From: Octopus bimaculoides
Lineage: Eukaryota
Length of the DNA: 55,244 bases
Direction of reading: 5' to 3'
Assembly (NCBI RefSeq): GCF_001194135.2
Contig: NC_068983.1
Span: 159,449,343-159,504,586, forward strand
The stretch's first letter is position 1; each line of letters opens with the position of its first letter. Shown here piece by piece: positions 40,448 to 53,710 of the stretch. The translations under genes were made by a program, and so were the position numbers. The notes beneath the pieces are model-generated. The model searched no databases. It had not been told where the DNA came from and saw only the letters and a program-made list of their open reading frames with translations.

Positions 40448-41237
40448 GAAAATTAAATATGTGATCATCGGCAAACAGGATTTTAAAAAACTGCAAAAAT
40501 ATGAAAGAAAAATTGTTTCTAATGTAAATCATTTTAAGACGCCGAAATATTTCTCTCATATATGAAACATAGTTGTTGCCGAGCACGTTGTTACAACAAG
40601 GCACGTGTGTAAAAATATAGACAACACTTAGAGATGCGATATACCCATATAAGAAGTGAAACGATACGCACAAATGCGATGTCCCTATAGAAAAAACAGT
40701 GAGAAACAAATATTAATAGTATATGCAATCTCATTTCTACACATACATAGTACACATAAATGTAATATTTATGTAGTTCACACATGTACACATACCACAT
40801 TACACACATGAACAAGACAGCATAGAACTCACAGTGTTTAAACAACTTGAAAGAGAGAAATAGCAATAAATATAAGATGCAACGTGTCTCATTGCAAACA
40901 GAGAGAAAAACTGTAGATATGCTCAGTAAGAAAACTACGAAAACAAATAGAGGTGAATTTTGATCTGTGAGTCACGATTCGAAAATAACCTTAGCACACT
41001 CCCAGAGACGGTGCAAAAATCTAACACTGAATAGACAGGCCCCTCTCTTAATGTCACTTCCCAAGCGAAAAACAAAACCGAAAGAGAACGGTGGACAGAT
41101 GAAGACTACATTGAAGTGCTAAATGCATTCTACACTGCAGAATTACATCCAAAACACACAGGGATAATAAAAGAAACATATTAAATATGGAGAAGAAGGT
41201 AAAAAGTCACGGAAAATACTCATGCGAATGTGTGGCG

Positions 41238-41280
<43 letters not shown>

Positions 41281-41671
41281 NNNNNNNNNNNNNNNNNNNN
41301 NNNNNNNNNNNNNNNNNNNNNNNNNNNNNNNNNNNNNNNNNNNNNNNNNNNNNNNNNNNNNNNNNNNNNNNNNNNNNNNNNNNNNNNNNNNNNNNNNNNN
41401 NNNNNNNNNNNNNNNNNNNNNNNNNNNNNNNNNNNNNNNNNNNNNNNNNNNNNNNNNNNNNNNNNNNNNNNNNNNNNNNNNNNNNNNNNNNNNNNNNNNN
41501 NNNNNNNNNNNNNNNNNNNNNNNNNNNNNNNNNNNNNNNNNNNNNNNNNNNNNNNNNNNNNNNNNNNNNNNNNNNNNNNNNNNNNNNNNNNNNNNNNNNN
41601 NNNNNNNNNNNNNNNNNNNNNNNNNNNNNNNNNNNNNNNNNNNNNNNNNNNNNNNNNNNNNNNNNNNNNNN
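41281..41671. other. assembly gap (N run) between (TA)n and (GA)n
   Basis: N run. Confidence 1.
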
Positions 41672-41672
41672 N

Positions 41673-41735
<63 letters not shown>

Positions 41736-41889
41736 ATATTATTAGAGAAAACGAAGAGAAGGTAGGTCTGTATAATCCTGCATTTGTTATAAACGCAGGC
41801 ATGATCAAAATGCTTAACAGTGCAACAATGTCATGAAGGTCTGTAAATTTACGTTTTAAAAGTTGTATCGATAAAGAGTTAAATTAAAG

Positions 41890-41929
41890 CGAGAGAGAAA
41901 GAGAGAAAATAAGAGAGAGAAAGAAAGAA

Positions 41930-41962
<33 letters not shown>

Positions 41963-41972
41963 AAGAGAGAGA

Positions 41973-42060
<88 letters not shown>

Positions 42061-42070
42061 CAAAGAGAGA
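41890..42070. repeat. imperfect (GA)n/(GAAA)n/(GATA)n microsatellite
   Basis: Direct reading. Confidence 0.9.
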
Positions 42071-42356
42071 GAACTTAGGAAATAGCTGTGGAAGTTACAC
42101 TTTCATCTTTTACACGTTTTAGACCAAAATATGTAGCCATGCTGGGGTAACATATAGTTACCGCAGTATAGTTACTTAGACAGACATACGCACAGACAGA
42201 CTGGCGGGCCGGCAGGCAGGGACATAGGTAGGTAGGTGAAACTACCGATATATTACAAGTTATGTAAATAGAGAGATATATTAATAGATATACAAATAGA
42301 TCGCTGAACCGAAGTGAAATGAAAAGAAATATAAATATTCTTTATTGGTAACTTTA

Positions 42357-42542
42357 GGCGCAGGAGTCGTTGTGTGGTAAGTAGCTTGCTTACCAACCAC
42401 ATGGTTCCAGGTTCAGTCTCACTGCGTGGCACCTTGGGCAAGTGTCTTCTACTGTAGCCTCGGGCTGACCAAAGCCTTGTGATTGGATTTGGTAGACGGA
42501 AACTGAAAGAAGCCCGTCGTATCTCTCTCTCTCTCTATATAT

Positions 42543-42576
<34 letters not shown>

Positions 42577-42764
42577 TTGTCCCACCAACATCGCTTGACA
42601 ACCGATGCTGGTGTGTTTACGTCCCCGTAACTTAGCGGTTCGGCAAAAGAGACCGATAGAATAAGAACTAGGCTTACAAAGAATAAGTCCTGAGGTCGAT
42701 TTGCTCGACTAAAGGCGGTGCTCCAGCATGGCCGCAGTCAAATGAATGAAACAAGTAAAAGAGT
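42357..42764 (+). mobile_element. full-length CORE-type tRNA-derived SINE with internal (CT)(TA)(GT) microsatellite
   Basis: ggcgcaggagt..tgtggtaag A-box region, ggttcagtc B box, ccttgggcaagtgtcttctac core, 3' ggcggtgctccagcatggccgcagtcaaatga.tgaaacaagtaaaaga. Confidence 0.9.
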
Positions 42765-43421
42765 AACTAACTCGGTCTGAGCTGTGTTGGTGGTTGGACA
42801 GCGAACAGCGCAGTTTGCTTACATATTTTTAGTTTTTCAATTCCTTCACTAAATGGATGCTCTTTAATGCAATTAATTATCGTCTGCTGAATCGAAACTT
42901 TTTTTTTTATTTATATAAAATATGGAAAACGAGAGTCGACATTAGCTAAACAAAAGAAAGAATGAAAAAGATTAATTTTCAGAAACTGAACATGTACTAC
43001 ATATGTCAGCCTCCGCGATAATTACATTAAAACCGCTTCAATTATAGGTGCACAAAAAGCAACGAGTTTCCTAATACTTCTCATGAAACTGACTCCAAAA
43101 AACTCCAACCATCATTTCATTTCGGAACGAGTGCAGTGCTCTGTATGGCTGTCCTACTTTCTGATAACAAATAAGACACAGGGACAGACATTTAACAAAA
43201 TTGTAAATAATAAACATTTATTCAATATATATGAATAAGTCTTATCTTTCAAATTTATTTTTTATTTCCTTAAACTATAAAACACATCATATCTATGAAA
43301 CGTATTAGATGGAGGTAAATAAGTAATACCTTATTAAATTGCAGGATATCAAAAGAATTTTCTGAAACTCCTTGCACGTGTTCAATGTACTAATATAACG
43401 TTAGAATCTCCACGGGTCCAG

Positions 43422-43660
43422 TTAGTAGTAGTAATAATAATAATAATCCTTTCTACTGGAAGCACAATCCTTCAAATATGGGAAAGGGATTAAGTCGATA
43501 ACATCGACACCAATGTGTAACTGGTACTAATTTTATCGACCCCGAAAGGATGAAAATCAAAGTCGATCTCGACGGAATTCGAACTCAGAACTTCGCGGCA
43601 AATATAATACTGCTAAGCATTTCGCCCGGCATGCTAACGATTCCGCCGGCCCGCAGCCTT
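43422..43660 (-). mobile_element. Nin/Deu-like SINE, full length
   Basis: (taa)n tcctttct...ttttatcgaccccgaaaggatgaaaatcaaagtcga..cggaattcgaactcag...gctaacgattccgcc. Confidence 0.9.
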
Positions 43661-43689
43661 TTCAAGTAATGATAAAAGAATATTATAAA

Positions 43690-44985
43690 GTATAGTCCTG
43701 AATACTGAGCTGAACTCCTCGAATAGAATTGCAGCTATAAGCTCTCTGGTGGTACCAGTCGTCTAGTGAAGACTTAATGTTATCAACTGGAATTTGAGCG
43801 TAATCTAATGTATGGTATAAAGACCAGGAAACTGGTGATATTCAACAAGATGCATCAACCAAAATCAGATGTCCATGAGCTGTATCTCACATGAAATGGG
43901 GGGGGGCGGTGGTAACGATAGGACTCCAAATCTAGATATAAAGTAACGCCGAACGGATGATACAGCTAGTAAGACAACACGAACAGGGTAAGAAACTGCA
44001 CTCAATTTGAAAGAAGGTATATAGAAAAAGGCGAGAGCTTACATTTCCTGATTAGATGATAATAACGAGAACACACTACCCACTAAGGTAACCAAAAGTG
44101 TAAGACAAAAGAAAAAGAAGAAAGCATAAGGGAAATTTCAAGACTGTAGCAAGAAAGACCATTGCATAGGCAATATCCCAAATGGGCTGGAAATCTGATG
44201 TACATATGAAATGAACCGTCATTGGTTGCAGAGCACTGGTTTGAAAGCCAAAACAGAAGGCCTTAGCCTAACGACATAAGACCAAAGTTTCCTCACCCAG
44301 AACTATCAAGTTAATTTCTCGCACAATGGGGCAGACACAAAGTGTAGACTTTGCAACGATGAGCGTGGGAGCATTGCCTGCACTGCTGGCGGTTGTTCAG
44401 TCCTTACTCTTATTGAATAAAAAACTAGGCTTGATTGAGTTGACCATTACTTGCACTGGAGAATATGCCGTCACTATGCTATTCCACATCTTAAGAACTA
44501 GGATGAATGCCGTCCACAGCCAGTCATTGAGTGAGAGAATGTTACCATTCTATGGGACTGTTAGATACATATAGACAGGTAAATAAATGCCAACACGCTA
44601 GACATCGACATCAAAGACCTCAGACAAAAAAAAAATAGCCTGTTAATTGATATGACGGTGCTTACTGATAGAGAGATCTCAGCAATAAAATTTGAGAAAT
44701 TATCTAAACATAAGGATCTTTAGATCGAGACATCTTGGTCATGACAATTAAAAGCCAAAATGATCCATTTTGTGAGTGTTCTGGGAATGATCAAGAAATG
44801 TACCGACAAACTTTTTGACCAGATTCCAGGGAAACCAATAATGTACGAGGTTCAAAGACTTGTGTTGACATCAACTGCTCACCTTTTCAGAAAGCGTCTC
44901 TCCTTTTGATATATACGTGCCTTAGGTCTCTGGTTTAGACCCAGCCGGAAGAGGAAATAAAATGGAAATCAAACGAGGGAAAATA
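43690..44985 (+). mobile_element. R4/Dong-like RLE LINE, 5'-truncated (RT thumb, CCHC knuckle, endonuclease)
   Basis: VLNTELNS.NRIAAISSLVVPVV; KMHQPKSDV; RPLH.QYP; WLQSTGLKAKTEGL; TKCRLCND...GGCSVL; HWRICRHY; ENVTILWD; LLIDM; FEKLSKHKDL; LGMIKK; QIPGKP. Confidence 0.92.
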
Positions 44986-45070
44986 ATCCTTTTCCCTATC
45001 GGCACAAGGCCTGAAATTTAGAGGAAGGGCACTGATTTTATTGACCCCGAAAGGATGGCAGGCGAAGTCA
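44980..45070 (-). mobile_element. internally deleted Nin/Deu-like SINE 3' part
   Basis: aataatccttttcc..ggcacaaggcctgaaattt...gaccccgaaaggatgg.aggcgaagtcaac. Confidence 0.75.
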
Positions 45071-46388
45071 ACTTTGACGGTATTTGAAACTTGATTTTGA
45101 CTTGAGCAGAAGACCAGAAATTAGGAGAATGTGTTAATCAAGTTAATTGATCTTGGTAATCGAGTAAATAGATGCTGCTGTCGTGACTGTTGTCTTGATT
45201 GCAGGAGTCGGAATGTTGTAAAGGTGGGGCTCTGCTCTCGTCTTTTACTCAACAGGGTAAACACTTAAACGTTCTTGGGTGACTGTTTAAAAGCATATGT
45301 AACAATCTAAATATTAATCCCCGATGTATATTAGCACACTTTTCGAAATAAAAATTATCGAAGATTCCAGTAAATTCTCCTGGTGAAACCAAACGACTGC
45401 AATTCAGGTGTCATTCTCATTTAGGTCTGCCGAAGTTAAACTTTAGTCATTTTATACCTTGTATCTTTCTACGGCTACTATTATTCGTGCCTGACCAATA
45501 TGGATGGTATGTTGTTGACCCTTCCTTCAGTTACTAACAACCTACATGCGGTAGAATCATAACGAACAATAGTAATTTCCACTGGCATATGAATATGGCA
45601 TATATTTGTATTTCCTGCTCACTTCTGCAGATGGCTTCTACCATTGTGTGCTTTTCTTTGCAAACATAGACTACAAATGGATAAACTGTTTCCAAGCATC
45701 TTTCAAGTAGCGTTGGTATCATGGTCCGAAGCAGGCGCTTCTATTATTCATATATTCATAACAAATTGGTAGGTGCTGCTTAGCTTATTAGTAGTCTTTG
45801 AGGGCTTTTACCTTGCCTCGATCGAGTTTAACATTATTTCACTGTGATTTTCTTTGTTGGTTTGTCGTAACTTATTTTTATTGCTCCTCTGCGTTTGAAA
45901 TTACTCTTCACAAAATAGCATGAAGATGAGAATTATTCAGAAGCTACATGTTTCAAGGTATTTATCGATTTCGCGGCGTAACATCAATATAGTGGAAGGG
46001 TTTGGTATGTAGCAATAGAAATTAATGACAGTGACATCAAACATCTTCGTTACTATGTCTACTGCCTTTATTTGTTTGTACATAAGTCGAACACAATGGG
46101 AATTCCAAGTGTATTTTCTTTCTATTTGTATTATCTGTCGGGCCACTATTATCACATTGACCACAAACACTATGATGGCATACATGGGATCCATGGCTTT
46201 TAAAGACATTATGTATTGTTTAAAAACACAGTGTTTTAAAGAACTAAACGCTTCTGTATCGGAATCATCCTAAAAACAGGAAGGAAAACGATATTTTATG
46301 TCAGTTTCTCTATAACATTGACAACCAAACTAGAGCAAAACACAATATGAAACATACGAAGAAAGAAAATTACGTAGTAATCAAAGAA

Positions 46389-46451
<63 letters not shown>

Positions 46452-46498
46452 GCTACTACTACTACTACTACTGCTGCTGCTGCTTGTAGTAGTAGTAG
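46389..46498. repeat. (ACT)n/(GCT)n then (TAG)n microsatellite
   Basis: Direct reading. Confidence 0.95.
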
Positions 46499-46690
46499 AG
46501 GTTTCTAATAGAGGTACAATTTTTGACGAAAAAAAAAAGGAATTACATAGATGCTAGTACCCAGTACTTGACCGGTACTTTATGTTATTTTTCCCGAAAG
46601 AATGGGTGGTAAAGTTATTTTCAGTAGGATTTCGAACCCCAAAGTCGAAATAGATATCACCATTCTACAAGTCCACCGCCCTCATAATAA
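46490..46690 (-). mobile_element. decayed Nin/Deu-like SINE
   Basis: cccagtacttgaccggtacttta...cccgaaagaatgg..ggtaaagtt...ggatttcgaac. Confidence 0.65.
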
Positions 46691-47492
46691 TTGCTTATAA
46701 TTCTGGTGCAGGGTTAGGAATTTTGAGTGGACGAATGAACTGATACGATCGACATCAGTACTTAACAACTATTTTACTTTATTGACCACTAGAAAATAAA
46801 AGCAGTTTTGAACTGAGAACATAAAATGCAAGCGAAATACTCGAAGGCAATTTCCAACGATCATCGAATTGTTGACACAAACTTAAAATACCGGCATTAA
46901 TCAACAGATACAGTCCACTATTTTCAATGACATTGAAGTTTACCGCTTTAGTCGACACACGTGATTTGTTGGTGTATTTATATATATAAGTCACAATATA
47001 ATGATTCAAGTAATATTCATAAAAGGTTCCTTAATGTATCATTCTATAAATCACATAGAATATATAGTGCGATACCAGAGAAAACGATAAGGTGTACATA
47101 AAGTCATCATTGACAGAGAAATTATATTACTATAATTCTTTTCGATTTATTAGACAATCATATTATTTTATATCAATTTTATTATTGTCTCCCATAATCT
47201 ATGAAATATTGACGTTGCGGTCTTCTACTGTTACGTCGAGAATTTAGTACTTAACAAAGACTTTCTTTCACATGAGGACGTAGCTGAAATTCTGAACTAT
47301 TTTGAAAGACATTTTTGCATTTTGCATTAACGCAGACATGTAAGTAAGTAATTTATTATTGAATAAAATAATATAAATTATTTACATGTTTTTAAGTTAC
47401 AAAACAATTTGACGTGATATTTGAATTTTCTTATCGTTAAATTAAATTTCATCAAACTATATCTCTGTCATTTATAACTTTATACATTTGTG

Positions 47493-47546
<54 letters not shown>

Positions 47547-47732
47547 CACACATACACACTCTCACATACACACACACATATATATACATATATACAAAGG
47601 ACTTCCTCACAGTATTCATTAACCAAATTCACTCACAAAGCATTAGCCGGCAAGGGGCTATAGTAAATGACCCTACTCTTAAACTAGCCGTCGTGTGTAT
47701 GTTTCTAAAACCACTATTATTAGGTTCTTTAA

Positions 47733-48118
47733 AAGGCAGCGAGCTGGCAGAATCTTTATTACGCCGGACAAAATGCTTAGCGGTATTTCGTCCGTTATCC
47801 TTTCGGGGGTCAATGAAATGCGTACCAGATAAGCACTGAAGTCAATGTAATCGACTAGCCCCTTCACGAAAATTTCATGCCTGATGGATTGCCAAGTGTT
47901 TTAAGGCGGCCAGTGGACATAATCGTTATCGCGCCGTACAAAATACTTAAAGGCATTCTTCCAGGGTCTTTGCATTCTGAATCCAAATTTCGACGATGCT
48001 GACTTTACCTTTCCTCCTTTCTAGGACGATTTAATATGTACCAGTCAAATGCTGAAGTCAATGTTATCAAATTGTTCCTCCCCTCAAAACTACTGGTCTT
48101 ATGCCAAAATTAGAAATA
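47733..48118 (+). mobile_element. two tandem Nin/Deu-like SINE copies (47733-47883 and ~47900-48118)
   Basis: Both carry head-like ggc.gc.ag.tgg.a.aatc and core ..tcctttc..gg..ga..aa.g.gtaccag; the first lacks the B-box segment. Confidence 0.75.
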
Positions 48119-50999
48119 AATATTTAGAGCTTTACTAAACCAGGTACAATGAATTGTGTATTATTTCATAGTAGTCAGTTGATAGGAGAGTAAGCAGTTT
48201 AAACTATAGCTCCACCGATCTTTTTTTCCTGTCCACGATGAAACTGTGTACACATGACACTCGCTTAAGATATTTAGTGTATCTAGCCAATTTCCATTAG
48301 TTTATACCTGCAATGACACAAATGATCATCATTTACTCAGTAGTAAGGCTTAATGTTAAAAAATCCCTCCAGAAAATGCCGTTAGCGCATTAGTAAAGCT
48401 AGTTAGTTAAACTGTACAGAATGCTATAAACAAATTGTATTCAAACGATTTGTCATTCTTAAATAACGTTCTAAAATCTATCAAAAATATAGATAGAGGG
48501 ACATTTGACTGCTATTTTACTTTATTTCTCACAATGGAAGTTAAGCAAATTTCTAAGTAGGTTAATGATAATTTATGCCTTTCTAGATATTCATTTTGTA
48601 ATTTCTGGATACAAGGCAGACATACATACAATTCACACACACGTTACAAAAGCATTATGTAGTGCCCAGAACAATCTGGAATATAATGATTAAAAATACA
48701 CGAATCAACAATGACGTTAAGCATCCAGAGAAAGTTAAAACAAAGCTTGTCCTAGGTAGCTCTCAGGGGCCACACAGTAAAAGCACAATCTCTTGTTGAA
48801 GTCAGGAGTCCCCATGGTGTAAATACGTGAAGAAATACTAGTGAAAGAAGATATGAATGAACCTATAATGACTTTTCCGTATTCTTGATCAATCTATGTT
48901 TGACCATGGATTCTTAGAAAATTGACTCGCATACACCCACAGCTACATACATATACCCACTCAGTTATACGTTCGCAGATGCATGTGGGATAAAGTTCCC
49001 GATTTATTTTCCATAATTCTTTTCTCACAATGTACCACTCTAGTGTTTTAAAACATCATTTCTCTTATAGCTAGCTGTTCCTTTTCATAAATTCTTCTGC
49101 TGCATTTAATGAAGTTCAGAGCTTTCAAAATGACATTATGCTTGCGATTGTCCATATGATAGACAGTTGTATTTCATATAGACGACTCACGTTTCATATG
49201 TGACCCTCATGCAGACAGCTTTGAAATTAATGTATTCTTGTCATGTATTACATCGGAAACTGTCTTTTCTAATATTTTGTACTAGCACTCGCGTAATATA
49301 TGCAGTGTCACCAGAATTGTATAACACTACAATAACTTTAACATAATATTCATGCAATTTATATTTATTTAACTAGCAGCCATTTTACTGTGAACATAAA
49401 AGACTATTTTCCAGAATGTGAAAATTATGTTCAAAGATAAAAATATTGTTTCGTTTACGTCAACAGGTTTTTCGTAATTTTGTACATCATTTTTGTTTTC
49501 TTTTGTTTCAAAGACTTCTGACTATTCATATATTTTTACATTAAATAGGAAATCTTTATAAATCGGAAGACTTTTGTACCGATAGTTTGTTTAACATGAA
49601 ATTTTATTATATGACATAGAATTTCACAATGTTCAATATCTGAATGAAGGTATCTGCTAGTGTGGTATTTTCATCGTTTAGATTAAATATATTTATAATA
49701 GAGTCCTCTAAAGAAAGAACTCACTGTATTATGTAAAGGAAATTGGGTAATTGTAAAAAGTTGCTAGGAAAGAAGATATAGTGGCTTATTTACATGTTTT
49801 GAACAATTTTCTAAAATTTGATTCTGGCTAGGCTATCACACAAAAAGAAAACGAGCTATATAAACTGAAGTAATAATTTTATGAAAATGTTTTTCATAAA
49901 TTCATCTTTTTTCATTTGTTTCATAAGTGGCTTACTCTAGGATATAACGTCCATTATTAGTTCAATCGGTTTCAAAAGACTGAGCGTAAGGATTTTAATT
50001 TAATGCTCTTTCTCCCTTATGGTTTGTCTTTTGTCACTGTTTAACTATTGAATCATATAATCGATCGACTTGTCATACAAAAGATATATGGTCGTTAACA
50101 GAGGGAAAACAAAGAGAATAAATTTCCTCCTATTTAATGCGAATACTGGAAACATTTAGGCCGCATTTTATTGTTGAAACCAAGCAACAAATGAGAAACG
50201 GCATCTCAAATGAACCAAAAGGGTGGATATATAAAATACTTGAAAGAAAATATGCTTTATTTTGAGCGAATCAATGCAGCGATAAAACTAAATTTTATCT
50301 AAAACAATCGATGCATCAAATGTATAAAATGTAAAGTAGAACACAGAGAGAATGATTTGCTGTTTACAATACTAACACATCCACTTTGCTTCTCGTCTAG
50401 TGAAAGGCCTGTTTATTCTAATGTATAAATTATAACGCATTATATACTAAAAAATGAGTTGCTCACTTTCATAATAAATAGCGTGATGTGTTTGATAAAG
50501 GGTCGATGGATTATGGAAAACTTTATCGAATAGATAAATAAGATCATACCAAGTACGAAGGAAACAATATAGTTGTTGCAGTATGAAGTATAATTTGATA
50601 ACTTCTGTTTTTGAATTCATCGAATACATTTATCTTTTTGTATCTACATGATAATTAAGAAATATTCACTAAGATAATTTGGAATATGAGAAATAGAAAT
50701 ATAATGACACTGCTACCAGCGTCAGTGAAATGCTATGTATTGATTTCTTTTGATCAGGAATAAGGTCAACTATTGAGGGGCAGTATCTCAACTGAATTGA
50801 CTTGGCATATTAGTAATGTTTATTTTCTGCATAGAAACAGAATTATAACAATGAGTCGACTGTGATGACTTAGAAACCTAGAACATCAAATCTAATTGCT
50901 TTTCAACACAATCTTCTTTAATAGATTATACAACGTTTTAGATTCCATTTGATAAATAATCATAAGCGATGCTAGGGCTTAGATTATTATGGAATTTGA

Positions 51000-52080
51000 C
51001 GATATTAAGGAAAGGCTCAGACAGACCATAGTCTCTGAAGTTACAGTCTATCCGGGTCTTTCTTTAACGTCGTCAAGTCGTTTCTTTCAAAACCAATCAA
51101 GGTATCCTTGATATTCGGCAGTCGAAGTCATATGTTATCAATGCTGGAGAATCTCAAGACTCTTTTCTAGATCCTGGTCTTTTCCTCCTTTACATTAATG
51201 ATATTTCAAATCATATCATTTCTAAACTCGCCATCTATGCCGATGACACTATTGTTTACTCATGTCATAAAAGACTAGCAATCTTTTACGACAGGAGTAA
51301 ACAGTAAAAGACTAGCAGTAAGCGGCCTTTCTTGAGGATGATCTTCATGCGGTCGTAGAGTTGGGTAGTGAGCGGCTGCTAAAATTTAATTCTAGCAGGA
51401 TAAAACGTTTGTAAATTAATCGTTATAAGCAGCCATTCCTTTCCTCCATTGCTATGGGCAAGGTTGGTCTTCCAGAAAGGTAAAATATCCGATTTCTTGG
51501 TTTGACTTAGAACAAACATCTCTCTGAGAACAAATATTTCCATTCCATTGCCAGGTCAGCTGTCAAGAAGGTTCTCTCTTTCGTCTGTGCTTGCAAATTT
51601 ATGATGCCCGAGAGTATCTTGTACCTCCAAGGTCACGATTTGACCTTGCATTGAATATTATAGTCATCTTAGGGCTAGTGCTTCTTCTGGGTGTTTTATC
51701 TCTCTTGATTGCATTGAGAATCGAGTTAACATTATGAACTCTTTACTTTAAACTAGGTTGGAATCATTGGCTCATCGTCGAAATGTATCATCGTTGTGTC
51801 TTTTCTACAAGTAATTTTATGACCGATGATCTGATGACATTTCTAGTTAAGTACTCTCAGTCAAGATTTTTAAGGGGGATCACCCGCCTCCCTTTCCAGA
51901 TGCATCATTTCTCTGTTGAGCTTCCTGTTAGTCATTAATATTTTTATTCGTATACCTTCATTTCTCGAACTGTTGCTCTTTGGAACTCACCCCTATCGTC
52001 TTGCTTTTCTTTGGTATGTGATATTCTGTCCTGTAAGCATTCTTTTAATCGACATCTGAATTTGTAGGCACCTTTTCTCC
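51000..52080 (+). mobile_element. CR1/Jockey-like LINE RT region and 3' end, decayed
   Basis: INAGESQDSFLDPGLFLLYINDISNHIISKLAIYADDTIVYS; LKFNSS; LESLAHRRNVSSLCLFYK; [10 protein letters not shown]. Confidence 0.92.
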
Positions 52081-52129
52081 TTCTTTGCGCCCAAATATGC
52101 ATGCGTATATACGTATACATGTAAGTATG

Positions 52130-52195
52130 TACGTATACGTATGTATATATGCATATATATATATATATATTATTTATATTATATATATGTATATG

Positions 52196-52283
<88 letters not shown>

Positions 52284-52371
52284 TATACACATACATATAC
52301 ATACACATACATATACATACACATACATATACATAGATACATACATGCATATACACACACATGAATATATA
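52130..52371. repeat. compound (TA)n/(TACA)n microsatellite
   Basis: Direct reading. Confidence 0.9.
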
Positions 52372-52536
52372 TGTTGTGTCGGCACCCCCAGGCGAAGAAG
52401 TAGGGTCTCCCAAGACATGTAAATAGAAGTAGTCTGGCCGTGGTAGGAGTGTTGAGTAGCAGTCGAGTAGCAGTTGTATAGCAATTGAGTAGAGATCATC
52501 CGAAGGTGCTAAATAGCAGTAGCTTGAGACATAACA
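52372..52536. mobile_element. probable solo LTR (165 bp)
   Basis: TG...CA ends with 9-bp imperfect inverted termini tgttgtgtc / gacataaca; atata on both flanks; GC-richer than the surrounding microsatellite. Confidence 0.5.
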
Positions 52537-52570
52537 ATATACATGTATGTATATATATATATATATATAT

Positions 52571-52798
52571 NNNNNNNNNNNNNNNNNNNNNNNNNNNNNN
52601 NNNNNNNNNNNNNNNNNNNNNNNNNNNNNNNNNNNNNNNNNNNNNNNNNNNNNNNNNNNNNNNNNNNNNNNNNNNNNNNNNNNNNNNNNNNNNNNNNNNN
52701 NNNNNNNNNNNNNNNNNNNNNNNNNNNNNNNNNNNNNNNNNNNNNNNNNNNNNNNNNNNNNNNNNNNNNNNNNNNNNNNNNNNNNNNNNNNNNNNNNN
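52571..52798. other. assembly gap (N run)
   Basis: N run. Confidence 1.
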
Positions 52799-53510
52799 CC
52801 GATCTGCCCGTCGTATATGTATATATGTGTGTGTGTATGTATATTTATATATATTGCTAAAAGGATAACAAGCTAAAAGCCAGTTTAATGTTGGTCGACG
52901 ACAACAACCACATGCAACATTGTTGCAAAAGTATTCTTTATAAGTTTCTTTTACGCTTTTGTGCAAATAATTCAACAAATGATAGAAATGTTTAGCGTTT
53001 TAAACAATAAAATGCAAATTTGAGTGATTCAAAAAGAGGAAATAACAGTTTAAGTAGCAGTATATTTCTTGAACTCTGTGTAAAACATTTAAAACTGAAA
53101 CGATCATAAGAATTATACCTAAAAACAACTTCCAAGTCACGTTTAATCTGAAGACTGAAGTCTTCATTTCTTGTAAAAGAAAACATTAATGTATGTAATA
53201 CATTTGGTTTGCCTGTTGTAATATAAATTCCTCATGGTCAACCTAACCAGAAAAATAATTATTTGAAACATTCTCTTTCAGTTACAGTAAACTAAATAAT
53301 GTATTTCTGCTAGTAAGATATTAATATAAATACTGCATTTGATAGTATGTTTATAACTTCGATTTTTCTGCCACTGTGATGGACATGACGCACGGAAGAA
53401 ATCGGGAGCCAACATTTAAGAACTATAAGAAATGTTATTTTATAGTTATATACATACATGCATATGTATATATGTGTATGTATGTATGTATGTATATAAA
53501 TATATACATA

Positions 53511-53710
53511 NNNNNNNNNNNNNNNNNNNNNNNNNNNNNNNNNNNNNNNNNNNNNNNNNNNNNNNNNNNNNNNNNNNNNNNNNNNNNNNNNNNNNNNNNN
53601 NNNNNNNNNNNNNNNNNNNNNNNNNNNNNNNNNNNNNNNNNNNNNNNNNNNNNNNNNNNNNNNNNNNNNNNNNNNNNNNNNNNNNNNNNNNNNNNNNNNN
53701 NNNNNNNNNN
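53511..53710. other. assembly gap (N run)
   Basis: N run. Confidence 1.

Noticed and set aside
29125-41035. Shared 16-mer atctaacactgaatag at ~29125 and ~41017
   Set aside because: No extension on either side; AT-rich chance match or tiny relic
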